NCBI RefSeq assembly: GCF_023055435.1
Contig: NW_025963791.1
Coordinates: 7,440,001-7,504,000, forward strand
Reading direction: 5' to 3'
Source of the DNA: Haliotis rufescens
Taxonomy: Eukaryota
DNA length: 64,000 bases
The position numbers were made by a program, and so were the translations under genes. The first letter of the stretch is position 1, and each line of letters begins with the position of its first letter. The notes beneath the pieces are model-generated. The model saw only the letters and a list, made by a program, of their open reading frames with translations, made no database searches and was not told where the DNA came from. Of the stretch, positions 36,771-48,872 are shown piece after piece.

Positions 36771-37602
36771 ACTGGCCTACACGCAGGCATTGCACACATG
36801 CGTGTATGTACTCACTTCCCGGTTGATCAGTGCTCCGTGCCCAGGGCGACAGAGGCATGGCTTGTGAATGACGTGCATGTGTAAACTGTCAACCAGAATT
36901 CAATATTATCGATCCTACTGAACACTTTTCCAACAGCCGTAGAATGTACCCGTCTCCGTTTCATTATAATTTTACGTACAAAAATATACATTGTAATTAT
37001 AACACCATGTGAATAGTGTATCAAATACCTAATCAAACCAATATTTGTTTCCAGCGAGTATATCACACAACACGCCACAGTGACGCTGGTCGTTAAAGTC
37101 CCCAATATTGATTTGCAATAAGGGCACGCAGTGTATCACATATACCGTTTGTTTGAATGCATTAACACCGTCATTGTTCACCATCTTCTCCATATGTACT
37201 GAACATATCACAGAAACCTATGGTTGTGGGTTCGAATCCATGTACGCTCCGATTTTGTTTCTAGGTTTGTCAGCATCATACTCGTTCTCGTTGGTATTAT
37301 CAAAGTGGTTAACGTCTGAGACCTGCATCATTCGGGGTTTCCTCCCATGTTAATCTGACACGCCGTGCCGGAATGACACGAGTCAATTCGTCACCACCCG
37401 CCCCATTCGACCAACTCGTGTTATTCCGGGACAAGCAGGTTACGGAAAGGGGCGAGTGGTGACAAAAGCGACATCTACCGGCTAGACGTCGCTATGACGT
37501 CATTAGGCGATATTGTGACGTCACGCCATTGTCTGACATTGTCTCAGCTAGCTACAGCAGCACTGCAGTACGCTCTTCATTTATCGAGATTATCTAAGAA
37601 TT

Positions 37603-38866
37603 ATGCGAGACAACAGACATCTGACCGTGTCCGAGTGTGAGGGGTTTGATTCCGAGGTGGCAGAGTGTTTTTCACGTACAAAACCGACAGGTATGCGCCG
37701 TTATATATCATAACAGCATTACCCTTTTTGGAAACCATACAATCTGTTATAGATTTTTTGAAAGCTCTTGGAAATGTGCATTCGACAGTATCAGTAAAAT
37801 AAATAAAATTCACCAAAGCTATCACTTTATGGCCATTAGAAGCTATGTAACAAATCAAAATATTCGGTGATTTTCAAGTGTCTATCAGTAGGCCTTTATA
37901 CCTCAAGACCAATATCCAAAACCTCAAACAGTATGGTATCTGCGGAAAGAGCAGACCATGGGCAGTAATCTGAATACAAGGAAAGGCCTAATTGGGAAAT
38001 GGGACAAAGAGTAAAAAATAAAAATAAATAATAATTCACGCGCAGACATTGAACCTGACCGAAGTGTGCGCAGAACGTTCCAAATACATTGTTTAGATCC
38101 TTGTGGTATTACCTGTGACTCCATACTAGAAACTTGTAATCTGACCTATTTCAAGGGATTGATCCAAAAGGACCCAATTTCCAAACGTGCTTGTTGTAAC
38201 CCCCAGTTAATTGGATTGATTGGTTATATACCAAATTCGATTATTGCGTTTTCAGAGTTCCACGATTTGGCTCCCAAACACGTCACAATAAAACCAAGCC
38301 CTATTCGTCCCGAGCCACCATTCCAATGGGACTGTAGTAAAAAGGACAAACAACTTGGCAAAGAGTTCGAGCTCCACGTGCATCTTACGGCTGTCCTGGT
38401 TGAGGTGGACATTCTCCGGGCTGACCTGCGAGATGCACGACTCCGTTCCCAATGTCTGAAACTGAAGAACCAACATCTTCAGAGACAAGCCAGACAACTC
38501 TCGGAGGAGAAAGACTCCCTCAGGGAGCAGGTGGATCGCTTGATGAAAGAGGTGGACATGTTGAGTGTTGAAAGACTGTGTGTACATTCAGGAGAGGGAG
38601 AGGGTGTTGGACTTGTTCAGAGATCAGGGGCTACACAGACCACGTGCTTTGACCACATTATCCAATCAAAGAATGGAATGCCTCGTGAACAGGACAAAAG
38701 GTCAACAAGACATCATGAACTCTCTCAAAGTAGTCTGTCATCAAAGAAACATATGTCATCAAGCACAACCAATTTGATAGAAACTTGTAATCAGAAACAA
38801 AATGTACAAAAGTCCAAATCTTTCTTTGGTCGTTTTACAAAACTGTTCAGAAGGAACAAATCATAA
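37603..38866 (+). CDS. Uncharacterised coiled-coil protein, copy A (2 exons, 232 aa)
   Basis: Exons 37603-37690 and 38256-38866, phase-1 GT-AG intron; heptad-rich centre; basic amphipathic C-terminus KSFFGRFTKLFRRNKS. Confidence 0.7.
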
Positions 38867-41099
38867 TGTAATTCAATCCTTTTTAATGATGGTAATAACA
38901 ATTGTTTCAGTTCAAGAGCATTGTCTTCGTTATTTGTTAACAATGGTTGGTTTTCACTAGTTACAAGAGATCTGCCAACATGTATTGGACATGTGTTCCA
39001 TTAATTTTAACATATTGACATTGACACCATACAGTCATTCATTCAATCATGAGTAGGTTTTACGCCGCTTTTATATTCCAAGTTTTACGCCGCTTTTAGC
39101 AATAATCCAGCAATATCACAGCGGGGTACGCCAGAAATGGGCTTCACACATTGTACTCATGTGGGGAATCGAACCCGAGCCTTCGGCGTGACGATGCAAA
39201 CGCTTTAATCCACTGGGTTATCTCTATGGACAGTACTTTCGACTGGTTTGACTTGTGTTCGGCGCTATTCTCGCTGCGCTTTGCGACGCAACTCCTATCG
39301 GAGGATTGAAGAATGAAAAGCCGAATATCGTATCGAAGAATATACTAAAAGGGCTTCTGTTCTGCTAAAGGCATTGTTATTTATGCAGAAATAAAGATTA
39401 CCGTGCGTATTTTTTCGTAAACTAACCCGGAAATAACAATCAGCTGTACACACATTTCCTACCAGTCTACAGCGATGATTCGGTTAAAAGATGCCCAATA
39501 ATATAACTTCAAAGAAAAGTACATTCCTCCAGCAGTTGACATGTCATGGGCCAGTTTTCGGTCAGTTTGAAGAAAACTGCATACAAGGCTTTTGCTACAC
39601 GTGGTGTTGTAATGGATGGTCTTATTATATTATTATGCTGTATTATACTGTTATATTCTTTGTTCTGTTTTTCTTAATCACCTACAACTGTACAGTTATT
39701 ATTAATCAAGCGCGAACGCCTTAACCACTAGGCTAGTCATTTGAACCTAATGCATTCAGAACAAGAATACAATACAACATACAAGATATGTTCAACAACT
39801 TTAGATGATCCGAGCACTGTGGGGGCATACCATTAGTACTGGCCTTGGTGCCAGTTGAATTGATGCCCACACAAAACATATACATATATATCTTTCATAA
39901 ATAGTGGACAAAACTCTTTCCATAATCATAAGAAGGTTCTGCTGAAAGCAGAGTCCATTGTACGATTTCGAATGTATTATAAAAATGTATTTCTGAATCA
40001 CTAATAAATAGTGATGACACCAGATGATGGCGAAAAGGGGAGTATATCCTGCCTCACCGGTCACAAACACACACAAAGGCAAGTCAAGCGTTCTCCTGAA
40101 CAAAAACGGGAACATATTCATATGTTATCATAAGCTAAGTGAGAATTCTCCAGCCTATTGTATGGTGCTGACAAATCAAGAACCAACGACCAGAGAATTC
40201 TGTGTATGGTACGTCTAAGAAGGACGCATGTCTGCACAGCGTGTTGCCGCGCCCTAGACAACTGGTCCATCTGCTATAATCATGAACAGTGCATGTCGTA
40301 AAATACCAAGAAAAACGGTTGGAAATTTAAAAGAATAACTGGTCCATGTAATTTTTACTGTTTAAATTGAGACATGAAAGAGTGATTTGGAAGGATGTAA
40401 AAGTTTCCATATTTGAGTCACTCAGTGACGTGTATGGAACTAAGAAGTTTGAAGCGATGCTGAGTTTTCATCCTCACAAACGTTTATGAAAAAAAATTTT
40501 TTTATCTGACACGCCGCTATTTAACCGAAATTATGTTTAATGCGTCCTTAAAACCCAACTGAATCACTCATTTTACCTGTAACACAGAAGGGACTTTTCA
40601 ACCCTTAATGGGGTTTTTCAACACTTTCATCTGGCCTTGACCAAACTATTTCCCTGTTGCTTTCCTGCGCAAGCACATGTTTACAGATATAAATACAATT
40701 GTGAAATGCCACTGATAGCTCAAAATAAAAAAAAATCTCTTCCAGAAAAGAAATACATTTGAAAAAACACATGAAAATATCGCCAATTCCTTTTACAGCT
40801 TTTGGATTGATATTGTTAATAATGATTTGATCTAAGCCCATGATATTATACTAAAGAACAAAGAGCATCTCATGATCATGGTATGTTTCGGCTGTGTACC
40901 AATTGGAACACACTCAAGACGAAATATGCCGATATCTTCCGAAGGTATTTTCGCCGAACGGACAGCGACATCTACCGACTAGACGACACTATGACGTCAT
41001 TAGGCGATATTGTGACGTCACGCCATTGTCTGACATTGTCTCAGCTAGCTACAGCAGCACTGCAGTAGGCTCTTCATTTATCGAGATTATCGAAGCATT

Positions 41100-42929
41100 A
41101 TGCCAGTTACCAGACGTCTGACTGTGTCCGAGTGTGAGGGCTTTGATTCCGAGGTGGCGGAGTGTTTTTCACGTACAAAACCGACAGGTGTGTATGCCCT
41201 TATATATAATAACAGAGTTCAACTATACAACTTCAATTCTTTAAAACGAAAAGGATTTAAGAACCAACCACTTCATTTGCATCACTTCCTTAATTTTATG
41301 CCATAGTTGTATATATGACATCTGATTTACACTTGCCAGTTGGATTGATTCTATACTAAATCCGGTTATTGCTATTTCAGAGTTTCATGATTCGGTTCCC
41401 AAATACGTCACAATAAAACCAAGACCAGTCGCCAGGCGTCTGACCGTGTCCGAGTGTGAGGGGTTTGATTCCGAGGTGGCAGAGTGTTTTTCACGTACAG
41501 AACCGACAGGTATGTGCCGTTACATATCATAACAGCATTTGACTCTACAACTTTAATTATTTCAATTGAAAAAGTTTTCCGAATAAGCCACTTTATGTTT
41601 ACCATTTCCTTCATTTTATTCGGTAGATGTATATAATCTGCATGTCCAAGCCTGGTCCAAGCGTTTCCGACCATAATGCTTAGGGGCTGCTCAAGTTACC
41701 CTTTTTGGAAACCATACAATCACTTATAGATATATTGAAAGCTCTTGGAAATGTGCATTCGACAGTATCAGTAAAATAAATAAAAACCACCGAAATAATG
41801 ACTTTATAGCCATTAAAAGCTATGAAAAAATCAAAATATTCGGTTGGCTTTCCAATCTCATTAAAATCAGATCTTAGTTCTCACTACCGCTAAACAAAGC
41901 TTTGTTTAGCGGTAGTGAGAACTAAGGTCTGATTTTCAAGTGTCTATCAGTAGGCCTATATACCTCAAGACCAATATCAAAAACCTCTAACAATATGGTA
42001 TCTGCGGAAGGAGCAGACCATGGGCAGTAATCTGAATACAAGGGAAGGGCCAAGTGGGGAAATGGGACAAAGAGTAAAAAATAAAGATAAATAAAAATCC
42101 ACGCGCAGACATTGAACCTGGCCGAAGTGAGCGCACAACGTTCCAAATACATTGTTTAGATCCTTGTGGTATTACCTGTGACTCCATACTAGAAACTTGT
42201 AATTTGACCTATTTCAAGGGATTGATCCAAAAGGACCCGATTTCCAAACGTGCTTGTTGTAACCCCCGGTTAATTGGATTGATTGGTTATATACTAAATT
42301 CGATCATTGCGTTTTCAGAGTTCCACGATTTGGTTCCCAAACACGTCACAATAAAACCAAGCCCTATTCGTCCCGAACCACCATTCCAATGGGACTGTAG
42401 TAAAGAGGACAAACAACTTAGCCAAGAGCTAGAGCTCCACGTGCAGCTTACGTCTGTCCTGGTTGAGGTGGACATTCTCCGGGCTGACCTGCGAGATGCA
42501 CGACTCCGTTCCCAATGTCTGAAACTGAAGAACCAACATCTTCAGAGACAAGCCAGACAACTCTCGGAGGAGAAAGACTCCCTCAGGGAGCAGGTGGATC
42601 GCTTGATGAAAGAGGTGGACATGTTGAGAGCTGAAAGACTGTGTGTACATTCAGGAGAGGGAGAGGGTGTTGGACTTGTTCAGAGATCAGGGGCTACACA
42701 GACCACGTGCTTTGACCACATTATCCAATCAAAGAATGGAATGCCTCGTGAACAGGACAAAAGGTCAACAAGACATCATGAACTCTCTCAAAGTAGTCTG
42801 TCATCAAAGAAACATATGTCATCAAGCACAACCAATTTGATAGAAACTTGTAATCAGAAACAAAATGTACAAAAGTCCAAATCTTTCTTTGGTCGTTTTA
42901 CAAAACTGTTCAGAAGGAACAAATCATAA
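41100..42929 (+). CDS. Uncharacterised coiled-coil protein, copy B (3 exons, 275 aa)
   Basis: Exons 41100-41187, 41381-41509, 42319-42929; both introns phase 1; open frame. Confidence 0.7.
41853..41936. mobile_element. Collapsed MITE remnant forming a loop-less palindrome
   Basis: 37-bp arms 41863-41899/41900-41936 made of the TIR of the 9549 MITE family; absent from copies A and C. Confidence 0.85.
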
Positions 42930-45162
42930 TGTAATTCAATCCTTTTTAATGATGGTAATAACAATTGTTTCAGTTCAAGAGCATTGTCTTCGTTATTTGT
43001 TAACAATGGTTGGTTTTCACTAGTTACAAGAGATCTGCCAACATGTATTGGACATGTGTTCCATTAATTTTAACATATTGACATTGACACCATACAGTCA
43101 TTCATTCAATCATGAGTAGGTTTTACGCCGCTTTTATATTCCAAGTTTTACGCCGCTTTTAGCAATAATCCAGCAATATCACGACGGGGTACACCAGAAA
43201 TGGGCTTCACACATTGTACTCATGTGGGGAATCGAACCCGAGCCTTCGGCGTGACGATGCAAACGCTTTAATCCACTGGGTTATCTCTATGGACAGTACT
43301 TTCGACTGGTTTGACTTGTGTTCGGCGCTATTCTCGCTGCGCTTTGCGACGCAACTCCTATCGGAGGATTGAAGAATGAAAAGCCGAATATCGTATCGAA
43401 GAATATACTAAAAGGGCTTCTGTTCTGCTATAGGCATTGTTATTTATGCAGAAATAAAGATTACCGTGCGTATTTTTTCGTAAACTAACCCGGAAATAAC
43501 AATCAGCTGTACACACATTTCCTACCAGTCTACAGCGATGATTCGGTTAAAAGATGCCCAATAATATAACTTCAAAGAAAAGTACATTCCTCCAGCAGTT
43601 GACATGTCATGGGCCAGTTTTCGGTCAGTTTGAAGAAAACTGCATACAAGGCTTTTGCTACACGTGGTGTTGTAATGGATGGTCTTATTATATTATTATG
43701 CTGTATTATACTGTTATATTCTTTGTTCTGTTTTTCTTAATCACCTACAACTGTACAGTTATTATTAATCAAGCGCGAACGCCTTAACCACTAGGCTAGT
43801 CATTTGAACCTAATGCATTCAGAACAAGAATACAATACAACATACAAGATTTGTTCAACAACTTTAGATGATCCGAGCACTGTGGGGGCATACCATTAGT
43901 ACTGGCCTTGGTGCCAGTTGAATTGATGCCCACACAAAACATATACATATATATCTTTCATAAATAGTGGACAAAACTCTTTCCATAATCATAAGAAGGT
44001 TCTGCTGAAAGCAGAGTCCATTGTACGATTTCGAATGTATTATAAAAATGTATTTCTGAATCACTAATAAATAGTGATGACACCAGATGATGGCGAAAAG
44101 GGGAGTATATCCTGCCTCACCGGTCACAAACACACACAAAGGCAAGTCAAGCGTTCTCCTGAACAAAAACGGGAACATATTCATATGTTATCATAAGCTA
44201 AGTGAGAATTCTCCAGCCTATTGTATGGTGCTGACAAATCAAGAACCAACGACCAGAGAATTCTGTGTATGGTACGTCTAAGAAGGACGCATGTCTGCAC
44301 AGCGTGTTGCCGCGCCCTAGACAACTGGTCCATCTGCTATAATCATGAACAGTGCATGTCGTAAAATACCAAGAAAAACGGTTGGAAATTTAAAAGAATA
44401 ACTGGTCCATGTAATTTTTACTGTTTAAATTGAGACATGAAAGAGTGATTTGGAAGGATGTAAAAGTTTCCATATTTGAGTCACTCAGTGACGTGTATGG
44501 AACTAAGAAGTTTGAAGCGATGCTGAGTTTTCATCCTCAAAAACGTTTATGAAAAAAAAATTTTTTATCTGACACGCCGCTATTTAACCGAAATTATGTT
44601 AAATGCGTCCTTAAAACCCAACTGAATCACTCATTTTACCTGTAACACAGAAGGGACTTTTCAACCCTTAATGAGTTTTTTCAACACTTTCATCTGGCCT
44701 TGACCAAACTATTTCCCTGTTGCTTTCCTGCGCAAGCACATGTATACAGATATAAATACAATTGTGAAATGCCACTGATAGCACAAAATTAAAAAAAATC
44801 TCTTCCAGAAAAGAAATACATTTGAAAAAACACATGAAAATATCGCCAATTCCTTTTACAGCTTTTGGATTGATATTGTTAATAATGATTTGATCTAAGC
44901 CCATGATATTATACCAAAGAACAAAGAGCATCTAATGATCATGGTATGTTTCGGCTGTGTACCAATTGGAACACACTCAAGACGAAATATGCCGATATCT
45001 TCCGAAGGTATTTTCGCCGAACGGACAGCGACATCTACCGACTAGACGACACTATGACGTCATTAGGCGATATTGTGACGTCACGCCATTGTCTGACATT
45101 GTCTCAGCTAGCTACAGCAGCACTGCAGTACACTCTTCATTTATCGAGATTATCGAAGCATT

Positions 45163-46763
45163 ATGCCAGTCACCAGACGTCTGAACGTGTCCGAGTGTGA
45201 GGGCTTTGATTCCGAAGTGGCGGAGTGTTTTTCACGTACAAAACCGACAGGTGTGTATGCCCTTATATATAATAACAGAGTTCAACTCTACAACTTCAAT
45301 TCTTTAAAACGAAAAGGATTTAAGAACCAACCACTTTATTTGCATCACTTCCTTAACTTTATGCCATAGATGTATATATGACATCTGATTTACACTTTCC
45401 AGTTGGATTGATTCTATACTAAATCCGGTTATTGCTATTTCAGAGTTTCATGATTCGGTTCCCAAATACGTCACAATAAAACCAAGACCAGTCGCCAGGC
45501 GTCTGACCGTGTCCGAGTGTGAGGGGTTTGATTCCGAGGTGGCAGAGTGTTTTTCACGTACAGAACCGACAGGTATGTGCCGTTACATATCATAACAGCA
45601 TTCGACTCTACAACTTTAATTATTTCAATTGAAAAAGTTTTCCGAATAAGCCGTTTGAGCCGGGTTCAAATGTGCACGCGACAGTATCAGTAAAATAAAT
45701 AAAATTCACCAAAGTTACCACTTTATAGCCATTAGAAGCTATGTAACAAATCAAAATATTCGGTGATTTTCAAGTGTCTCTTAGTAGGCCTTTATACCTC
45801 TAGACCAATATCCAAAACCTCTAACAGTACCGTATCTGGGGAAAGAGCAGACCATGGGCAGTAATCAGAATACAAGGGAAAGGCCTAGTTGGGAAATGGG
45901 ACAAAGAGTAAAAAATAAAAATTAAAAATAATTCACGCGCTGACATTGAACCTGACCGAAGTGTGCGCAGAACGTTCCAAATACATTGTTTAGATCCTTG
46001 TGGTATTACCTGTGACTCCATACTAGAAACTTGTAATTTGACCTATTTCAAGGGATTGATCCGAAAGGACCCTATTTCCAAATGTGCTTGTTGTAACCCC
46101 CGGTTAATTGGATTGATTGATTATATACTAAATTCGATTATTGCGTTTTCAGAGTTCCACAATTTGGTTCCCAAACACGTCACAATAAAACCAAGCCCTA
46201 TTCGTCCCGAGCCACCATTCCAATGGGACTGTAGTAAAGAGGACAAACAACTTGGCAAAGAGCTCGAGCTCCACGTGCAGCTTACGGCTGTCCTGGTTGA
46301 TGTGGACATTCTCCGGGCTGACCTACGAGATGCACGACTCCGTTCCCAATGTCTGAAACTGAAGAACCAACATCTTCAGAGACAAGCCAGACAACTCTCG
46401 GAGGAGAAAGTCTCCCTCAGGGAGCAGGTGGATCGCTTGGTGAAGGAGAGGGACATGTTGAGAGCTGAAAGACTGTGTGTACATTCAGGAGAGGGAGAGG
46501 GTGTTGGACTTGTCCAGAGGTCAGGAGCTACACAGACCACGAGCTTTGACCACATTGTCCAGTCAAAAAATGGAATGCCTCGTGAACAAGACAATAGGTC
46601 AACAAGACATCATGAACTCTCTCAAAGTAGTCTGTCATCAAAGAAACATATGTCATCAAGCACAACCAATTTAATAGAAACTTGTAGTCAGAAACAAAAT
46701 GTACAAAAGTCAAATTCTTTCTTTCGTCGTTTTGCAAAACTGATCAGAAGAAACAAATCATAA
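45163..46763 (+). CDS. Uncharacterised coiled-coil protein, copy C (3 exons, 275 aa)
   Basis: Exons 45163-45250, 45444-45572, 46153-46763; open frame despite many substitutions. Confidence 0.7.
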
Positions 46764-47725
46764 TGTAATTCAGTCCTTTTTAATGATGGTAATAACAATT
46801 GTTTCAGTTCAAGAGCATTGTCTTCGTTATTTGTTAACAATGGTTGGTTTTCACTAGTTACAAGATATCTGTCAACATGTATTGGACATGTGTTCCATTG
46901 ATTTTAACATATTGACATTGACTCCATACAGTCATTCATTCAATCATGAGTAGGTTTTACGCCGCTTTTAAAATTTAGCAATAATCCAGCAATATCACGA
47001 CGGGGTACACCAGAAATGGGCTTCACACATTGTACTCATGTGGGGAATCGAACCCGAGCCTTCGGCGTGACAAAGCAAACGCTTTAATCCACTGGGTTAT
47101 CTCTATGGACAGTACTTTCGACTGGTTTGACTTGTGTTCGGCGCTATTAACCACTAGGCTACTCATTTGAACCAACTCGTGTTATACCGGGACAAGCCGA
47201 ATAGCGACTCGTGCCCCTCTCGTGGCCATTTTTTCCGACTGGGTTCAGTCTGAGCGTAAACGGGCATAGCTGAAAGAATTGTCAACTCGTTGCGTAAGGA
47301 TACACGTCATTCGTGACCAACTCGTTTTATTCTGGGACAAGTGGAAAGTGAGTTTCCAAAGGGGCGAGTGGTATCTGATGATGTAAATTTTACTGCAAAT
47401 ATTAAACCGGTTTGAAAACAAGACACTGCTAACTGTTGTCTGAGAATGTATTCTGCCGATAAAAGTACTGTGCGACAATGTTTTTAGTAAGCAGCTTTAC
47501 GGAAACTGTGAGCGAACACAATGCTGCCCAATACCTGAACGACATAAATGTATAAAAAATGGATTTATATGCTTATGTATAACGTTATGCATTCGATACC
47601 AAAAAAAATAACGTGCCTTATATGACGAAAACTGATTTTCCTCGATGACGTCAAAAGATGACAGAGGTTACACACGTACACATAAAAGGGTCATAACTCC
47701 GCTATTCTTGGGTGCGCGAAATACG

Positions 47726-47864
47726 TGTAGCAGGTTATGGAGTCATCCCGCCCCTACTTGAGGGGTTAGCCTCTTTGGTCATGTCGACAAGACGTCCGAC
47801 CTCTGATCATCAGGTCCGTAGTTCGAATCCCATCACGGGACTCGGAAATATTATGGCCGCTACA
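47726..47864 (+). mobile_element. Solo LTR of the tRNA-containing TRIM (internally shortened)
   Basis: TGTAGCAG...GCCGCTACA, 139 bp, B-box GTTCGAATCCC, TSD TACG on both sides. Confidence 0.88.
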
Positions 47865-48110
47865 TACGCATATGTCGGAATGTGCACGTTTTTGTGTTTT
47901 GTTAAAGAGGAACCAAACTATTCCAACACAAATATCGATATTGAAACTGCATACATTTAGGTATATAAAAAACATAAGAAATTATGAAATCGTACTTTAT
48001 AAAAAAAGAAGTAATAGCGAAATGGATGGCCCTATCTAACCTACTAATTAGTCCTCAGACTCCAACATTCCCCTGATGGTGCAAGTGTAATTTGACATAT
48101 GTTGCACCAT

Positions 48111-48872
48111 TTAAAATGGGGCACTGGCCTTTTCATTAAATGTAATGAATTACTGAAAAAAATGACACCATTTTATTTGACGTCGTGGCCAAGTTTTACG
48201 TCTTTGACAACGTCGGAGAAAGACGACATTGGTATTTTGATTAATATATATCGCCCCTACATTTCGTTCGCGGTATGGAAAATGTCGATGAGTAAAACGG
48301 AATTTGATGCTTTTTCGACGCATAAAATGACTGCTTTTACCATGAAAATAATGTCTTGAATAAATGAAGCATTAGATTGTTTACCATGTATTTTAATTGG
48401 ACAAGATACGCACCTGTTTGGCATAAATCTTACGTATCAAATACCCAAAATAATATTTCGAAACAAACAAAATCATCTTCAATATTGGACATGTCTTTGT
48501 TCATGATTATGTGATTATTTCTGGGTATCTCATCTCAGAATGATACAATAAAAGGATGCGAAGAAAGCTCCTTTGGTACAGAATTATCAGGATAATCGTA
48601 TAAGGTTCGGCCAACGGGGTACATGTCACTTTTTTCATATATCTTATACTTTTTACAATTCTTGGAGAAAATGAAATCGTTTGTGACTATAACGCGCACA
48701 ATGCGAATCGTTAGACATCACCGTTCTATCAAGCGACATAAAAAAAACAATTCCAAGCCCAAGACAATTCTTCTAAAAATCTGTGCATATATTTTAACAA
48801 AAATATAACCAATTTGTTAAATTAATGTATTCAGTTTTAGTTTTAAAATAAAATGAAACGGCTAGTCATTAA
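48111..48872. mobile_element. Possible decayed TTAA-flanked DNA transposon (Kolobok-like)
   Basis: Degenerate TIR ACT(G/A)GCC(T/G)TTTCATT near TTAA at both ends. Confidence 0.35.

Larger units (their letters stand above)
37467..47150 (+). repeat. Tandem segmental triplication (~3.5-4.1 kb units)
   Basis: Equivalent positions 37467/40964/45027; about 38.0-41.6 kb repeats at offset 4063 with near identity. Confidence 0.97.

Noticed and set aside
38066-38255. N-terminal part of the 266-aa ORF (and equivalents at 42204 and 45963)
   Set aside because: Non-ATG starts; lies upstream of a clear TTTTCAG acceptor and is better explained as intron.
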